From contig CAZNRZ010000001.1 in NCBI GenBank assembly GCA_964575535.1, positions 1-42,113 on the forward strand: 42,113 nucleotides of DNA, given 5' to 3'. A program made the translations under genes and the position numbers. The DNA comes from an uncultured Lysobacter sp. (lineage in GTDB: Bacteria; Pseudomonadota; Gammaproteobacteria; Xanthomonadales; Xanthomonadaceae). The notes under the pieces are model-generated. The model was not told the origin of the DNA. It searched no databases and worked only from the letters and a program-made list of their open reading frames with translations. Every line of letters begins with the position of its first letter. Within the stretch, counting starts at the first letter, position 1. Of the stretch, positions 8,043 to 17,579 are shown one piece after another.

Positions 8043-9236
8043 ATGAGCACCCGCCGCCACGACATCGACGCGCTGCGCGCGCTCGCCTTCGCCCTGCTGA
8101 TCCTCTACCACTGGGGCATGCTCTACGTCGCCGGCGAGGACTGGGGCTGGCACATCAAGAGCAGCCACCTCGCCGAATGGCTGCAGGTGCCGATGCTGTT
8201 CGTGAACCGCTGGCGGATGATCCTGGTGTTCGTGGTCTCCGGCCTGTCGGTGCACTTCCTGCTCCAGCGAACCTCGACCGGGCGGTTCGTGGCCGCGCGC
8301 ACCGGCCGGCTGTTCCTGCCGCTGGTGGTCGGCATGCTGGTCGTCGTGCCGATCCAGCCCTACGTGCAGGGCGTGGCGAACGGCGCGGTGGCGCCCGGCC
8401 TGCTCGACTTCCTGCCCCGCTACTTCTCGGGCCGGCGCTGGCCGGCGGGCGCGTTCGACGGCTGGGAGCACGGCTACACCTGGAACCACCTCTGGTACCT
8501 GGCCTACCTGTGGGTCTACACGCTGGCCTTCGCCTTGCTGCTGCCCCTGCTGCGCAGCGGGGCCGGGCTGCGGCTGCGCGACGCCTTCCTCCGCCTTCGC
8601 GGAGCCCGTCTCCTGCTGCTGCCGGCGCTGCCGTTCGTAGTGGCGACCCTCGGCCTCCAGCCGCATTTCGAGGACACGGGCGATCTCGTCAACGACTGGT
8701 ACCGGCACGCGATCTACTTCACCGCCTTCCTCTATGGCTGGTGGCTCGGCACCGACGCGGGCCTCTGGATCGAGCTGGCGCGCCTTCGCACACGCTCGCT
8801 CACCGCGGCGCTCGCGGTCTTCGCGGTCTACTTCACGCTCGTCGAGACAACGCCGGACGAAGCCGGCGCCGCCATGCAGGCGACGATCTGGACCCTCCGC
8901 AACGTCTACATCTGGCTGGCGCTGTGCGCGATCCTCGGCTGGGCGCATGCGCTGCTCGATCGCCCGTGGCCCTGGCTGGGCTGGGCGAACGAGGCGGTGT
9001 TCCCCTGGTACGTGCTGCACCAGAGCCTGACGGTCGCGATCGCCTACTGGCTGGTTCCGCTGGAATGGCCGGCGGCCGTGGAGGCGGCTGCGGTGCTCGC
9101 GGGAACCGTCGCGGGCTGCTGGATCGGCTTCGCGATCATCCGCCGGGTCGGCTGGCTGCGTCCTCTGTTCGGCCTCAAGCGCCGGGCCGTGCCCGACACG
9201 CGCAGCCCGGCGATCCCCGCATCGGCTACCGCATGA
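8043..9236 (+). CDS. Acyltransferase-3 family membrane protein (OpgC/MdoC-like)
   Basis: RRHDIDALR, WNHLWYL and FPWYVLHQ motifs; many TM segments. Confidence 0.88.
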   Translation: MSTRRHDIDALRALAFALLILYHWGMLYVAGEDWGWHIKSSHLAEWLQVPMLFVNRWRMILVFVVSGLSVHFLLQRTSTGRFVAARTGRLFLPLVVGMLVVVPIQPYVQGVANGAVAPGLLDFLPRYFSGRRWPAGAFDGWEHGYTWNHLWYLAYLWVYTLAFALLLPLLRSGAGLRLRDAFLRLRGARLLLLPALPFVVATLGLQPHFEDTGDLVNDWYRHAIYFTAFLYGWWLGTDAGLWIELARLRTRSLTAALAVFAVYFTLVETTPDEAGAAMQATIWTLRNVYIWLALCAILGWAHALLDRPWPWLGWANEAVFPWYVLHQSLTVAIAYWLVPLEWPAAVEAAAVLAGTVAGCWIGFAIIRRVGWLRPLFGLKRRAVPDTRSPAIPASATA

Positions 9237-9259
9237 GCCGCCCGGTCGCGCCGGGCGGC
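9237..9259. terminator. GC-rich hairpin between convergent genes
   Basis: GCCGCCCGG-tcgcg-CCGGGCGGC between the two stop codons; no U tract. Confidence 0.4.
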
Positions 9260-9268
9260 GTGCATGCG

Positions 9269-11305
9269 TCAGTGGTGGTGGCGACGCAGCGGGATCCCGG
9301 TGACGAACGGCCGGATCCCCAGCGCCTCGTGCAGCTGCGCGGGGACGTAGGCGCGGTCGCCCTTGATGACCAGGGCTGCATTGCGGAGCTTCGTGATGTC
9401 CTGGGTGGGATCGCCGTCGACGAGCACGAGGTCGGCGAGCAGGCCCGGCGCGATGCGGCCGCGGTCGGCAGCGCGCGCATGCGTCGCCGCGGTGTGCGTG
9501 GCCACCTGCAGCGCCTGCGCGGGCGTGAGTCCGGCCTGCACGTAGAGCTCGAGCTCTCGATGCAGGGTGAAGCCGGGCATTTCGTCGGTGCCCGCCAGCA
9601 GCGGCACGCCGGCGCGGTACATGCGCCCGACGAACTCCACCATCTTCGCGAACGACCTGTCGTAGCGCGCCGCCGTGGCGTCGTCGGGAATGTCCATTTC
9701 GGCGGCGAGCCGGCTGCGCGTCACGTCGGGCGGCAGGTGATCCGCCACGCCCGCGACGATCGGCGACATCTCGCCATCGCGCTGGTGGATGAACTCGAAC
9801 GTGGCCAGCGTGGGATCGATGGCGATCTTCCGCGAGGCCAGCAGTGCGATGAAGTCCTGCACCTCGCGGCTGTCGAGGTCCAGGTCGGCGGTGCGCTTGG
9901 CGGGCAGGTAGAAGCGCTCGAGCGTGCGCGTGTCGGTGGTGTCGGTGACGAAGAAGTTCAGCAGCAGCTGGTTGACGTGGTTGATCTCGTCGTAGCCCTG
10001 CTCGGCCACGTCGCGCGCGCGCATGAAGGCCGGCACGTGGCCGCTGACGCGCAGGCCCTTCGAATGCGCGTACGCCGCGGTGTCGCGCAGGATCGCCTTG
10101 GGGAACGAGTTGTAGATCTTGACCTGCGGATAGCCGTTGGACGCGTACCAGTCGACCGCCTTCTTCGCGCCATCGAGATCCTTGATGACGAAGCCGTTGC
10201 GCGCCGACATCGGGCTCTCGCCCTCGATGAAGCCGGCCGGCACCACGCGCGGGCTCATCAGCGTGCCGGCCTTCTCCTGCGCCATGAGCTGCTGCAGCGT
10301 GGCGTTGTCGTTGCCCATGTCGCGCACGGTGGTGACACCCGCGGCGAGATTGAGGCCGCCGTCCCAGCGGCCGACGTGGCCGTGCATGTCGAACAGGCCG
10401 GGGATCAGCACGCGGCCGTTGCCGTCGATGCTGCGGTCGGCCCTGGGTGCGTTCGCCGACGTGGGCGCGACCGAGACGATCTTGCCGTCGCGGATCAGCA
10501 CGTCGCTGGCCGCGTCGAGCCGCGCGTTGGCGCTGTCGAACACGAGCACGTTGCGGATCAGGGTGCTGCCCGGCAGCGGCTTGCCCAGGCGCTGCTGCAT
10601 GGCGACGAGCAACTCGCCTTCGGCCGCCTTCTGGCGTGTTTCCAACGCGCCCGCGTTCGCCTCCCAGCCCTCTTCCATCAGCTGCAGGTAGCCGGGATAG
10701 ATGAAGGCGAACAGGCGCGGCGTGGCGTCGGTGGTGAACCAGCCGAAGCCGGGCGTCAGGCCCTGCCCCGTAACCGCCAGCAGGCGCACTTCGCGCTGCC
10801 GGCCCGTGGCGTCGCGCACGGTTTCGCGCGCCAGCTCCGTCGTCGACAGCACGCCGCCCGGCGCGAGCGGCAGCTTGCCGTCGGCGCGCTTGGCGAGCGC
10901 CGCCACCGCCACGCTGATCGTTTCGGGCGTGCCGCCCAGCGGTGAATACAGCGCCGTGCCGCTGACGTCGCGCTCGCCGCTGTCGGCGGTGGTTTTCCAG
11001 CGGATGCGGTCGCCCTCGCGGCTGAAAGTCTCGTCCACCTTCGCGCCGAACGTGGACGTACCGGCGACGCGGTAGCTCGCGTACGTGCCGTCCGGCGCGA
11101 GGCGGAATTCCTCCTTCAGCTCGGGGCCGCGGCCGTTGTCCTTGAAGACGAACTCCGTGCGCACGACGCCGTCGTCGCCATGGGTGACCACGTGGTGGCC
11201 GGCCTTCTTGCCGCCGTCGACCAGCGCGACGTAGCGCAGCGTTTCCGCACTCCAGGACGGGCCGGCGAACAGGGCCAGCGCGATGCCGGCGGCGAGCAGC
11301 TTCAT
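9269..11305 (-). CDS. Secreted amidohydrolase family protein with N-terminal extension
   Basis: Signal peptide MKLLAAGIALALFAGPSWSA; PGLFDMHGH, GVTTVRD, LAGTD and ADLVLVDGDP motifs. Confidence 0.88.
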   Translation of the reverse strand: MKLLAAGIALALFAGPSWSAETLRYVALVDGGKKAGHHVVTHGDDGVVRTEFVFKDNGRGPELKEEFRLAPDGTYASYRVAGTSTFGAKVDETFSREGDRIRWKTTADSGERDVSGTALYSPLGGTPETISVAVAALAKRADGKLPLAPGGVLSTTELARETVRDATGRQREVRLLAVTGQGLTPGFGWFTTDATPRLFAFIYPGYLQLMEEGWEANAGALETRQKAAEGELLVAMQQRLGKPLPGSTLIRNVLVFDSANARLDAASDVLIRDGKIVSVAPTSANAPRADRSIDGNGRVLIPGLFDMHGHVGRWDGGLNLAAGVTTVRDMGNDNATLQQLMAQEKAGTLMSPRVVPAGFIEGESPMSARNGFVIKDLDGAKKAVDWYASNGYPQVKIYNSFPKAILRDTAAYAHSKGLRVSGHVPAFMRARDVAEQGYDEINHVNQLLLNFFVTDTTDTRTLERFYLPAKRTADLDLDSREVQDFIALLASRKIAIDPTLATFEFIHQRDGEMSPIVAGVADHLPPDVTRSRLAAEMDIPDDATAARYDRSFAKMVEFVGRMYRAGVPLLAGTDEMPGFTLHRELELYVQAGLTPAQALQVATHTAATHARAADRGRIAPGLLADLVLVDGDPTQDITKLRNAALVIKGDRAYVPAQLHEALGIRPFVTGIPLRRHHH

Positions 11306-11390
11306 GGGGGAATTCCGTGCGGGCGGGATCGCCGGTGGACAGCCTAACGCCGCTCCGGGCCCGTACGCATCGCGCGCCGCCGCAAACGCA

Positions 11391-11414
11391 CATGCCGCCC
11401 GGGTGGGCGGCATG
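11391..11414. terminator. 10-bp hairpin downstream of the CBS gene
   Basis: CATGCCGCCC-gggt-GGGCGGCATG. Confidence 0.4.
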
Positions 11415-11437
11415 CATGACCAGCCTGCAGTTGGAAC

Positions 11438-11857
11438 TCAGTGACGCTGCGAGACCTTCTCCACCAACTCGGCCGTGCGGTGGTCGCGGCCGCTCAGGGC
11501 CACGTCGGCCTGCGCCACGATGCCGCAGAGGCGGCCTTCGTTGTCCACCACCAGCATGCGGCGCACCTGGTCGCCCTCCATGCGGTCGGTAGCCTCGGAC
11601 AGGCTCGCGTCTATGCCGACCGTGGTCGCCGGCGAGCTCATGCAGTCCTGCGCGGTGCACTGCGAGACGTCACGGCCCTCGGCCACCACGCGCAGCGCGA
11701 TGTCGCGGTCGGTGACGGTGCCCACGGGCTTGCCCGAGGCATCGACCACCGGCACCAGGCCGCAGTCGTTGTCCCGCATTAGGCGCGCGACGTCGACGAT
11801 CGGGGTCGAGGCCTGGCAGGTGGCGGGGTCGGCGGTCATGACGCTGCGAACGTCCAT
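11438..11857 (-). CDS. CBS domain pair protein
   Basis: VRSVMT, PVGTVTDRDI and LCGIVAQAD; strong AAGGAG RBS. Confidence 0.92.
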   Translation of the reverse strand: MDVRSVMTADPATCQASTPIVDVARLMRDNDCGLVPVVDASGKPVGTVTDRDIALRVVAEGRDVSQCTAQDCMSSPATTVGIDASLSEATDRMEGDQVRRMLVVDNEGRLCGIVAQADVALSGRDHRTAELVEKVSQRH

Positions 11858-12021
11858 GGGAACTCCTTCCAGAGGTGCGGGGGAAGCGCCGACCGTGCAC
11901 GTGCGCCGGTTGCGCAGGCGTGAAGCGGGCCGCCCGCGTTAAGACCGCCTATGCCTTTCGTCATGGGCCCGTAAAGCACGGCTGGTTTAGGCTCGCGTAT
12001 TCACCCCGTCGAGGTTCCCCA

Positions 12022-14250
12022 ATGAAGCATCCTCTCGCCCTCGCGCTGGCCGTGGCCCTCTCCACGACCGCCCTGCCGGTGCTCGCCCAGTCCTCCAAGG
12101 CCCAGCCCACCGTGAACGCGACCGCGAATCCCTTCTTCGCCGAAAGCACGCTGCCGTTGCAGTACCCGGACTTCGGCGCGATCAAGGACACCGACTTCGG
12201 CCCCGCCTTCGACCGCGGCATGGCCGAGCAGCTGAAGGAAATGCAGGCCATCGCCAACAACCCGGCGAAGCCCACGTTCGAAAACACCATCGTGCCGATG
12301 GAGAAGTCCGGCCGCGTGCTCTCGCGCGCCGCCGCCGTGTTCTTCAACCTCGTCGGCGCCGACACCAACCCCGCGCGCGAGAAGATCCAGGCCGAGTACG
12401 CGCCGAAGTTCTCCGCGCACAGCGATGCGATCAACCTCGATCCCAAGCTGTTCGCCCGCATCAAGACGCTGCACGACAACCGCGACAAGCTCGGCGTCGA
12501 CGCCGAGGGTGTGCGCCTCGTCGAGCGCTACTACACCAACTTCGTGCGCGCCGGCGCCAACCTGTCGGAATCCGACAAGGCCACGCTCAAGAAGATGAAT
12601 TCCGAGCTGGCGCAGCTCGGCACCAAGTTCAGCCAGAACGTGCTGGCCGAGGTGAACGCATCGGCCATCGTGGTCGACAGCCGCGACGAGCTGAAGGGCC
12701 TGTCCGACGAGCAGATCGCCGCCGCCGCCGAAGCCGCGAAGACGCGCAAGCTCGAGGGCAAGTACGTCATCGCGCTGCTCAACACCACCGGCCAGCCGGC
12801 CGAGGCGCAGCTCGAGAACCGCGCCCTGCGCGAGCGCCTGCACAAGGCCTCGGTCGCCCGCGGCAGCCGCGGCAACGAGTTCGACAACCGTGCGATCGTC
12901 TCGCGCGTGACCAAGCTGCGCGCCGAGCGCGCCAAGCTGCTCGGCTACCCGACGCACGCGCACTACGTGCTCGAAGACGAGACCGCGAAGACGCCGGAAG
13001 CCGTCAACGCGATGCTGGCGCAGCTCGCGCCCGCCGCGGTGGCGAACGCGAAGCGCGAGGCCGCCGACCTGCAGGCGATGATCGACAGGGAGCAGAAGGC
13101 CAAGGGCCAGCCCACCTTCAAGCTCGAGCCGTGGGACTGGGCCTACTACGCCGAGAAGGTGCGCCAGGACAAGTACAACTTCGACGAGAGCCAGCTCAAG
13201 CCGTACTTCGAGATGAAGAACGTGCTGGAGAACGGCGTGTTCCATGCCGCCAACCAGTTCTACGGCCTCTCGTTCAAGCAGCGCACCGACCTGCCCACCT
13301 ACCACCCCGACGTGCTCGTCTACGACGTGTTCGACAACGACGGCAAGCAGCTCGCGATCTTCCTCGGCGACTTCTACGCGCGCCCGTCCAAGCGCGGTGG
13401 CGCGTGGATGAACTCGTACGTCGACCAGTCCGAGCTGATGGGCACGCTGCCGGTGGTCGCCAACCACCAGAACGTTCCCAAGCCCAGCGAAGGCAAGCCG
13501 ACGCTGATGACCTGGGACGAGGTGACCACGATGTTCCACGAGTTCGGCCATGCCATCCACGGCATGCTCTCCGACGTGAAATACCCGACGTTCTCCGGCA
13601 CCAGCGTGCCGCGCGACTTCGTCGAGTACCCGTCGCAGGTCAACGAGATGTGGGCCGACTGGCCGAGCGTGCTGGCGAACTACGCGAAGCACCACGAGAC
13701 CGGCGACGCGATGCCGAAGGAGCTTCTGGACAAGGTGCTCGCGTCGTCGAAGTTCAACCAGGGCTTCGCTACCACCGAGTACCTGGCCTCGACCATGCTC
13801 GACCAGGACTGGCACCAGGTGACCGTCGACAAGCTGCCCGAGGCCGATGGCGTGCTCGCGTTCGAAGCCGCGTCGCTCAAGAAGAACGGCCTCGACTACG
13901 CGCCGGTTCCGCCGCGTTACCGCACGCCCTACTTCAGCCACATCATGGGCGGCTACTCGGCGGGCTACTACGCCTACATCTGGTCGGAAGTGCTGGATGC
14001 GAATACGGTGCAGTGGATCAAGAACAACGGCGGCCTGACCCGCAAGAACGGCGACCACCTGCGCGCGACGCTGATGTCGCAGGGCGGCAGCCAGGATGCG
14101 ATGAAGCTGTTCCGCGACTTCGCCGGCCACGAGCCGAAGATCGAGCCGCTGCTCGAGCGCCGCGGTCTCACCGCGCCGGGCGCCGACGACAGCAAGGCGC
14201 CGGATGCATCGCCCGCCGACCGCACCACGCCGGCGCGCACCGGCACCTGA
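12022..14250 (+). CDS. dcp: M3 family metallopeptidase (peptidyl-dipeptidase Dcp-like), exported
   Basis: Signal peptide; KRGGAWM, FHEFGH (HExxH), DFVEYPSQ and YSAGYYAYIWSE motifs. Confidence 0.9.
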   Translation: MKHPLALALAVALSTTALPVLAQSSKAQPTVNATANPFFAESTLPLQYPDFGAIKDTDFGPAFDRGMAEQLKEMQAIANNPAKPTFENTIVPMEKSGRVLSRAAAVFFNLVGADTNPAREKIQAEYAPKFSAHSDAINLDPKLFARIKTLHDNRDKLGVDAEGVRLVERYYTNFVRAGANLSESDKATLKKMNSELAQLGTKFSQNVLAEVNASAIVVDSRDELKGLSDEQIAAAAEAAKTRKLEGKYVIALLNTTGQPAEAQLENRALRERLHKASVARGSRGNEFDNRAIVSRVTKLRAERAKLLGYPTHAHYVLEDETAKTPEAVNAMLAQLAPAAVANAKREAADLQAMIDREQKAKGQPTFKLEPWDWAYYAEKVRQDKYNFDESQLKPYFEMKNVLENGVFHAANQFYGLSFKQRTDLPTYHPDVLVYDVFDNDGKQLAIFLGDFYARPSKRGGAWMNSYVDQSELMGTLPVVANHQNVPKPSEGKPTLMTWDEVTTMFHEFGHAIHGMLSDVKYPTFSGTSVPRDFVEYPSQVNEMWADWPSVLANYAKHHETGDAMPKELLDKVLASSKFNQGFATTEYLASTMLDQDWHQVTVDKLPEADGVLAFEAASLKKNGLDYAPVPPRYRTPYFSHIMGGYSAGYYAYIWSEVLDANTVQWIKNNGGLTRKNGDHLRATLMSQGGSQDAMKLFRDFAGHEPKIEPLLERRGLTAPGADDSKAPDASPADRTTPARTGT

Positions 14251-14272
14251 TCCGCCGCGCGCGTGACACCCA

Positions 14273-14303
14273 GCCGCCCGGGTTCGCCCGGGCGGTTTTT
14301 TTT
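14273..14303 (+). terminator. Rho-independent terminator
   Basis: GCCGCCCGGG-ttcg-CCCGGGCGG followed by a T8 run. Confidence 0.9.
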
Positions 14304-14359
14304 CACCGTTCGTTCCCGCAGGCGTCGATACAAAGCCGGTTCTTCCGGAGACGCCCGCG

Positions 14360-14863
14360 ATGGCCGACAACGCCAAGAGCCGCATCGAGATCGACGAGGA
14401 CATGCGGCACCAGCGCCTCGAATGGCGCCTGCAACGCATCGGCTGGGTGATCGGCGGGCTGTTTCTGCTGGCGGGCGCGCTGGGACTGATGGGCTATGGC
14501 CCGCTGAGCCGCGCGCATGCCGGCGATGCCAGCTTCAGCGTCGAGTACGACCGCTTCCAGCGCGCAAGCGCGCTGTCGGAATACCGCATCGCCATCGACC
14601 CTGCGCTCGCCGCCGACGGGCGCCTGACGCTGCGTTTCGACGACGCGCTGCTCGACGCGGTCGAGATCGAACGCATCCAGCCCGAGCCCGAGCGCACGGT
14701 GCTGACGGGCGGCGCGTCGGTGATGGACTTTCCCGCGGTGGCGGGCGGCGGCAGCGCCAGCGTGATCGTCAGCTACCGGCCGATGACGTTCGGCCGCGTG
14801 CGCGGCTCGATCAGCGCGGGCGGTGGCCCACAGGTGGCGCTCGACCAGATCATCTATCCCTGA
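14360..14863 (+). CDS. Hypothetical single-pass membrane protein, co-transcribed with the DUF421 gene
   Basis: GGAG RBS, GC-biased codons, TM segment IGWVIGGLFLLAGALGLMG; 7-nt gap to the next gene. Confidence 0.75.
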   Translation: MADNAKSRIEIDEDMRHQRLEWRLQRIGWVIGGLFLLAGALGLMGYGPLSRAHAGDASFSVEYDRFQRASALSEYRIAIDPALAADGRLTLRFDDALLDAVEIERIQPEPERTVLTGGASVMDFPAVAGGGSASVIVSYRPMTFGRVRGSISAGGGPQVALDQIIYP

Positions 14864-14870
14864 GGCGCCC

Positions 14871-15320
14871 ATGGAATCCATCGTCCGCGGCCTGATCGTC
14901 TACGCCTTCCTGCTGGTGGTGTTCCGCCTCTCCGGCAAGCGCACGCTGTCGCAGGTGTCCACCTTCGAATTCATACTGCTGCTGCTCATCGCCGAAACCA
15001 CGCAGGAGGCCATGGTGGACAGCGACCACTCGCTGACCAACGCCTTCCTGCTCATCGCCACGCTGGTGGGAACGAGCGTGGCGCTGTCGTTCCTCAAGCA
15101 CTATTCGAAGACGGCCACGCGCTGGCTCGACGGGCTGCCGTTCCTCGTCGTGAAGGACGGCAAGGAACTCAAGGAACGCATGGACAAGGCGCGCGTGGAC
15201 CGCGACGACATCATGGTGGCCGCGCGCATCGACCAGGGCGTTGCGACGTTCGACGAGATCGAGCACGCGGCGCTGGAGAACGACGGGAAGATCTCGATCG
15301 TGAAGAAGTCCGGGAAGTAG
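14871..15320 (+). CDS. DUF421 / YetF-like membrane protein
   Basis: RLSGKRTLSQ..FEFILLL and ALENDGKISI motifs. Confidence 0.88.
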   Translation: MESIVRGLIVYAFLLVVFRLSGKRTLSQVSTFEFILLLLIAETTQEAMVDSDHSLTNAFLLIATLVGTSVALSFLKHYSKTATRWLDGLPFLVVKDGKELKERMDKARVDRDDIMVAARIDQGVATFDEIEHAALENDGKISIVKKSGK

Positions 15321-15372
15321 GATCGTGCAAGCGCTGCTGTCGCCTGCCTGACACCTGCACGCGCTGTGTTGC

Positions 15373-16305
15373 TCATGCCTCGGTCTTCTTCCCGGGTGCC
15401 CGCTTCGCCGTGGACTTCGCCGGCGGCTTCGCGGCACCCGGTTTGCGCGCACCGGACTTCCGCGCCGCGCCGGTCTTCTTCGAGCCCGACTTGCGCGCCT
15501 TCACGGTCTCGGGCTTCGCACCCGCATCGAGCATCACCCACGTCGGCGCGTGATCGCTTGCGCCCGGCCGGCCGCGTACCCAGCGGTCGACGCCCGCATC
15601 GGCCAGCAGCGGCGCCAGCGCGGGCGAGAGCAGCAGGTGGTCGATGCGCAGGCCGGCGTCGCGCTCCCAGTGCTTGCGGAAGTAATCCCAGAACGTGAAC
15701 ACCTTCGCGTCGCCGGCGACCGTGCGCAGCGCATCGGTCCAGCCCTGCTCCAGCAGGTCGAACCAGGCCTCGCGGCTTTCGGGCTGCAGCAGCGCGTCCT
15801 TGCGCCAGGATTTCGGGTCGTAGATGTCGAGCTCGTCCGTTGGCACGACGTTGAAATCGCCGGCCAGCACGACGGGCTCACCACTGCTCAGCAACTTGCG
15901 CGCGTGCCGCGCCAGCCGCGCGAACCAGGCGAGCTTGTAGTCGAACTTCGGCCCCGGCCACGGGTTGCCGTTGGGCAGGTAGAGCGCGCCGACGACGAGC
16001 CCGTGCACGTTCGCCTCGATGTAGCGGCTCTGCGTGTCCTCGGCATCGCCGGGCAGGCCGCGCCTGCGCTCCTCGGGCTGCGCACCGCGCGCCAGGATCG
16101 CCACGCCGTTCCACGACTTCTGCCCCTGCCAGATCGCGCCATAGCCCGCGCGCTCGATGTCGGCGAGCGGAAACGCTTCGTCCGGCGCCTTGAGTTCCTG
16201 CAGGCATGCGATGTCGGGCTGCTCGCGTTCGATCCATTCCAGCAGCGCAGGCAGCCGCGCGCGCACGCCGTTGATGTTGTAGGTCGCGATCTTGAGCCGG
16301 GCCAT
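15373..16305 (-). CDS. xth: Exodeoxyribonuclease III with Lys/Ala-rich C-terminal tail
   Basis: IATYNING, CLQELK, YLPNGN, GDFNV, GLRIDH and SDHAP motifs. Confidence 0.93.
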   Translation of the reverse strand: MARLKIATYNINGVRARLPALLEWIEREQPDIACLQELKAPDEAFPLADIERAGYGAIWQGQKSWNGVAILARGAQPEERRRGLPGDAEDTQSRYIEANVHGLVVGALYLPNGNPWPGPKFDYKLAWFARLARHARKLLSSGEPVVLAGDFNVVPTDELDIYDPKSWRKDALLQPESREAWFDLLEQGWTDALRTVAGDAKVFTFWDYFRKHWERDAGLRIDHLLLSPALAPLLADAGVDRWVRGRPGASDHAPTWVMLDAGAKPETVKARKSGSKKTGAARKSGARKPGAAKPPAKSTAKRAPGKKTEA

Positions 16306-16347
16306 GCCGGCGATGCTGCGGCGCGCGGGGTCGACGCGCGGTGAGCC

Positions 16348-17481
16348 TCAGGCCAGCAGGCGTTCCAGCAGCGCGTAGTAGAGATCGGGCAGGCGCTCGA
16401 GGTCGTCCACGCGCACGTGCTCGTCGACCTTGTGGATGCTCGCGTTCACCGGGCCGATCTCCACGCAGTGCGCGCCCAGCGGCGCGATGAAGCGCGCGTC
16501 CGACGTGCCGCCGCCGGTGCTCTCCTCCGGCGGCGCGCCGGCGAACGTGGCCAGCACCTCGCGCGCCGCCGCGCGCAGGGGGCCTTCGGGGGTGTGGAAG
16601 GGCTCGCCGCTGCGGTGCCAAGCCAGCGTGTAGTCGCTGCAGTGGCGCGCGATCAGCGCATCGCATTCGGCCTCGAGCCGCGCCGCGTCCCAGTGCGGGT
16701 TGTAGCGCAGGTTGAACAGCACCTGCAGCTCGCCCGGGATGACGTTGTTGGCGCCGGTGCCCGCCAGGATGTTGCTCACCTGCAGGCTGGTGGGCGGAAA
16801 GGTCTCGTAGCCGTCATCCCAGCCGCGCGCGGCCAGTTCCGCAAGCGCGGGCAACGCCTCGTGAACGGGATTGCGCGCCTTCTCCGGGTAGGCCACGTGC
16901 CCCTGCACGCCGCGCACTGTGAGCGTGGCCGAGAGCGAGCCGCGACGCCCCACGCGCAGCAGGTCGCCCAGCGTCGACTTCGACGAGGGCTCGCCGGTGA
17001 TGCACCAGTCGATGCGCTCGCCGCGCTGGCGGAACACGTCGGCGACCTTGCGCACGCCATCGATCGCGATCCCCTCCTCGTCCGAGGTGAGCAGCAGCGC
17101 GACGCGGCCGCGATGCCGGGGATGGGCCGTCGCGAACCGTTCGAGCGCGACCACGAAGGCGGCGACGCTGCCCTTCATGTCCGCCGCGCCGCGCCCGTAG
17201 AGCAGGCCGTGGCGGATCTCCGGCCGGAACGGGTCGCTGGTCCAGTCATCGATCGGCCCGGGCGGCACCACGTCGGTATGTCCGAGCAGCACCAGCGTCG
17301 GGCCGTCCTCCGCGCCCACGTGCACCGCCCAGAGGTTGTCCACCTCGCCAAAACGCATGGATTCGCAGGCGAAACCCGCAGCCTCCAGGCGCGTCGCGAT
17401 CAGCGCCTGGCAGCCGGCGTCGTCCGGCGTGATGGAGGGCTGCTCGATCAGCGCCCGGGTGAGGTCAAGGACGTCGCTCAT
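16348..17481 (-). CDS. dapE: Succinyl-diaminopimelate desuccinylase
   Basis: [27 protein letters not shown] and GGGTSDARF motifs. Confidence 0.96.
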   Translation of the reverse strand: MSDVLDLTRALIEQPSITPDDAGCQALIATRLEAAGFACESMRFGEVDNLWAVHVGAEDGPTLVLLGHTDVVPPGPIDDWTSDPFRPEIRHGLLYGRGAADMKGSVAAFVVALERFATAHPRHRGRVALLLTSDEEGIAIDGVRKVADVFRQRGERIDWCITGEPSSKSTLGDLLRVGRRGSLSATLTVRGVQGHVAYPEKARNPVHEALPALAELAARGWDDGYETFPPTSLQVSNILAGTGANNVIPGELQVLFNLRYNPHWDAARLEAECDALIARHCSDYTLAWHRSGEPFHTPEGPLRAAAREVLATFAGAPPEESTGGGTSDARFIAPLGAHCVEIGPVNASIHKVDEHVRVDDLERLPDLYYALLERLLA

Positions 17482-17579
17482 GCCGTGTTTCCTCGTTCGT
17501 AGCCCGCGTCAGCGCAGCGCACGCGCGATCAACCGCTGCGGGCAGCTTGCCGGCCCACGGCGTCCCCCGCGCATGAAGA

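Noticed and set aside
9232-11414. Similar CATG..GCCGCCCGG hairpins on both sides of the amidohydrolase as ends of a mobile cassette
   Set aside because: The match is short and GC-rich, also occurs in the dcp terminator, and is explained by terminator-like stems.
7838-11660. Very long overlapping ORFs (1035 aa plus, 1215 aa minus), and similar ones at 18828-21704, 31411-34074 and 38181-41177
   Set aside because: Shadow or antisense frames of real genes, expected from stop-codon scarcity at high GC; low-information sequence without family motifs.
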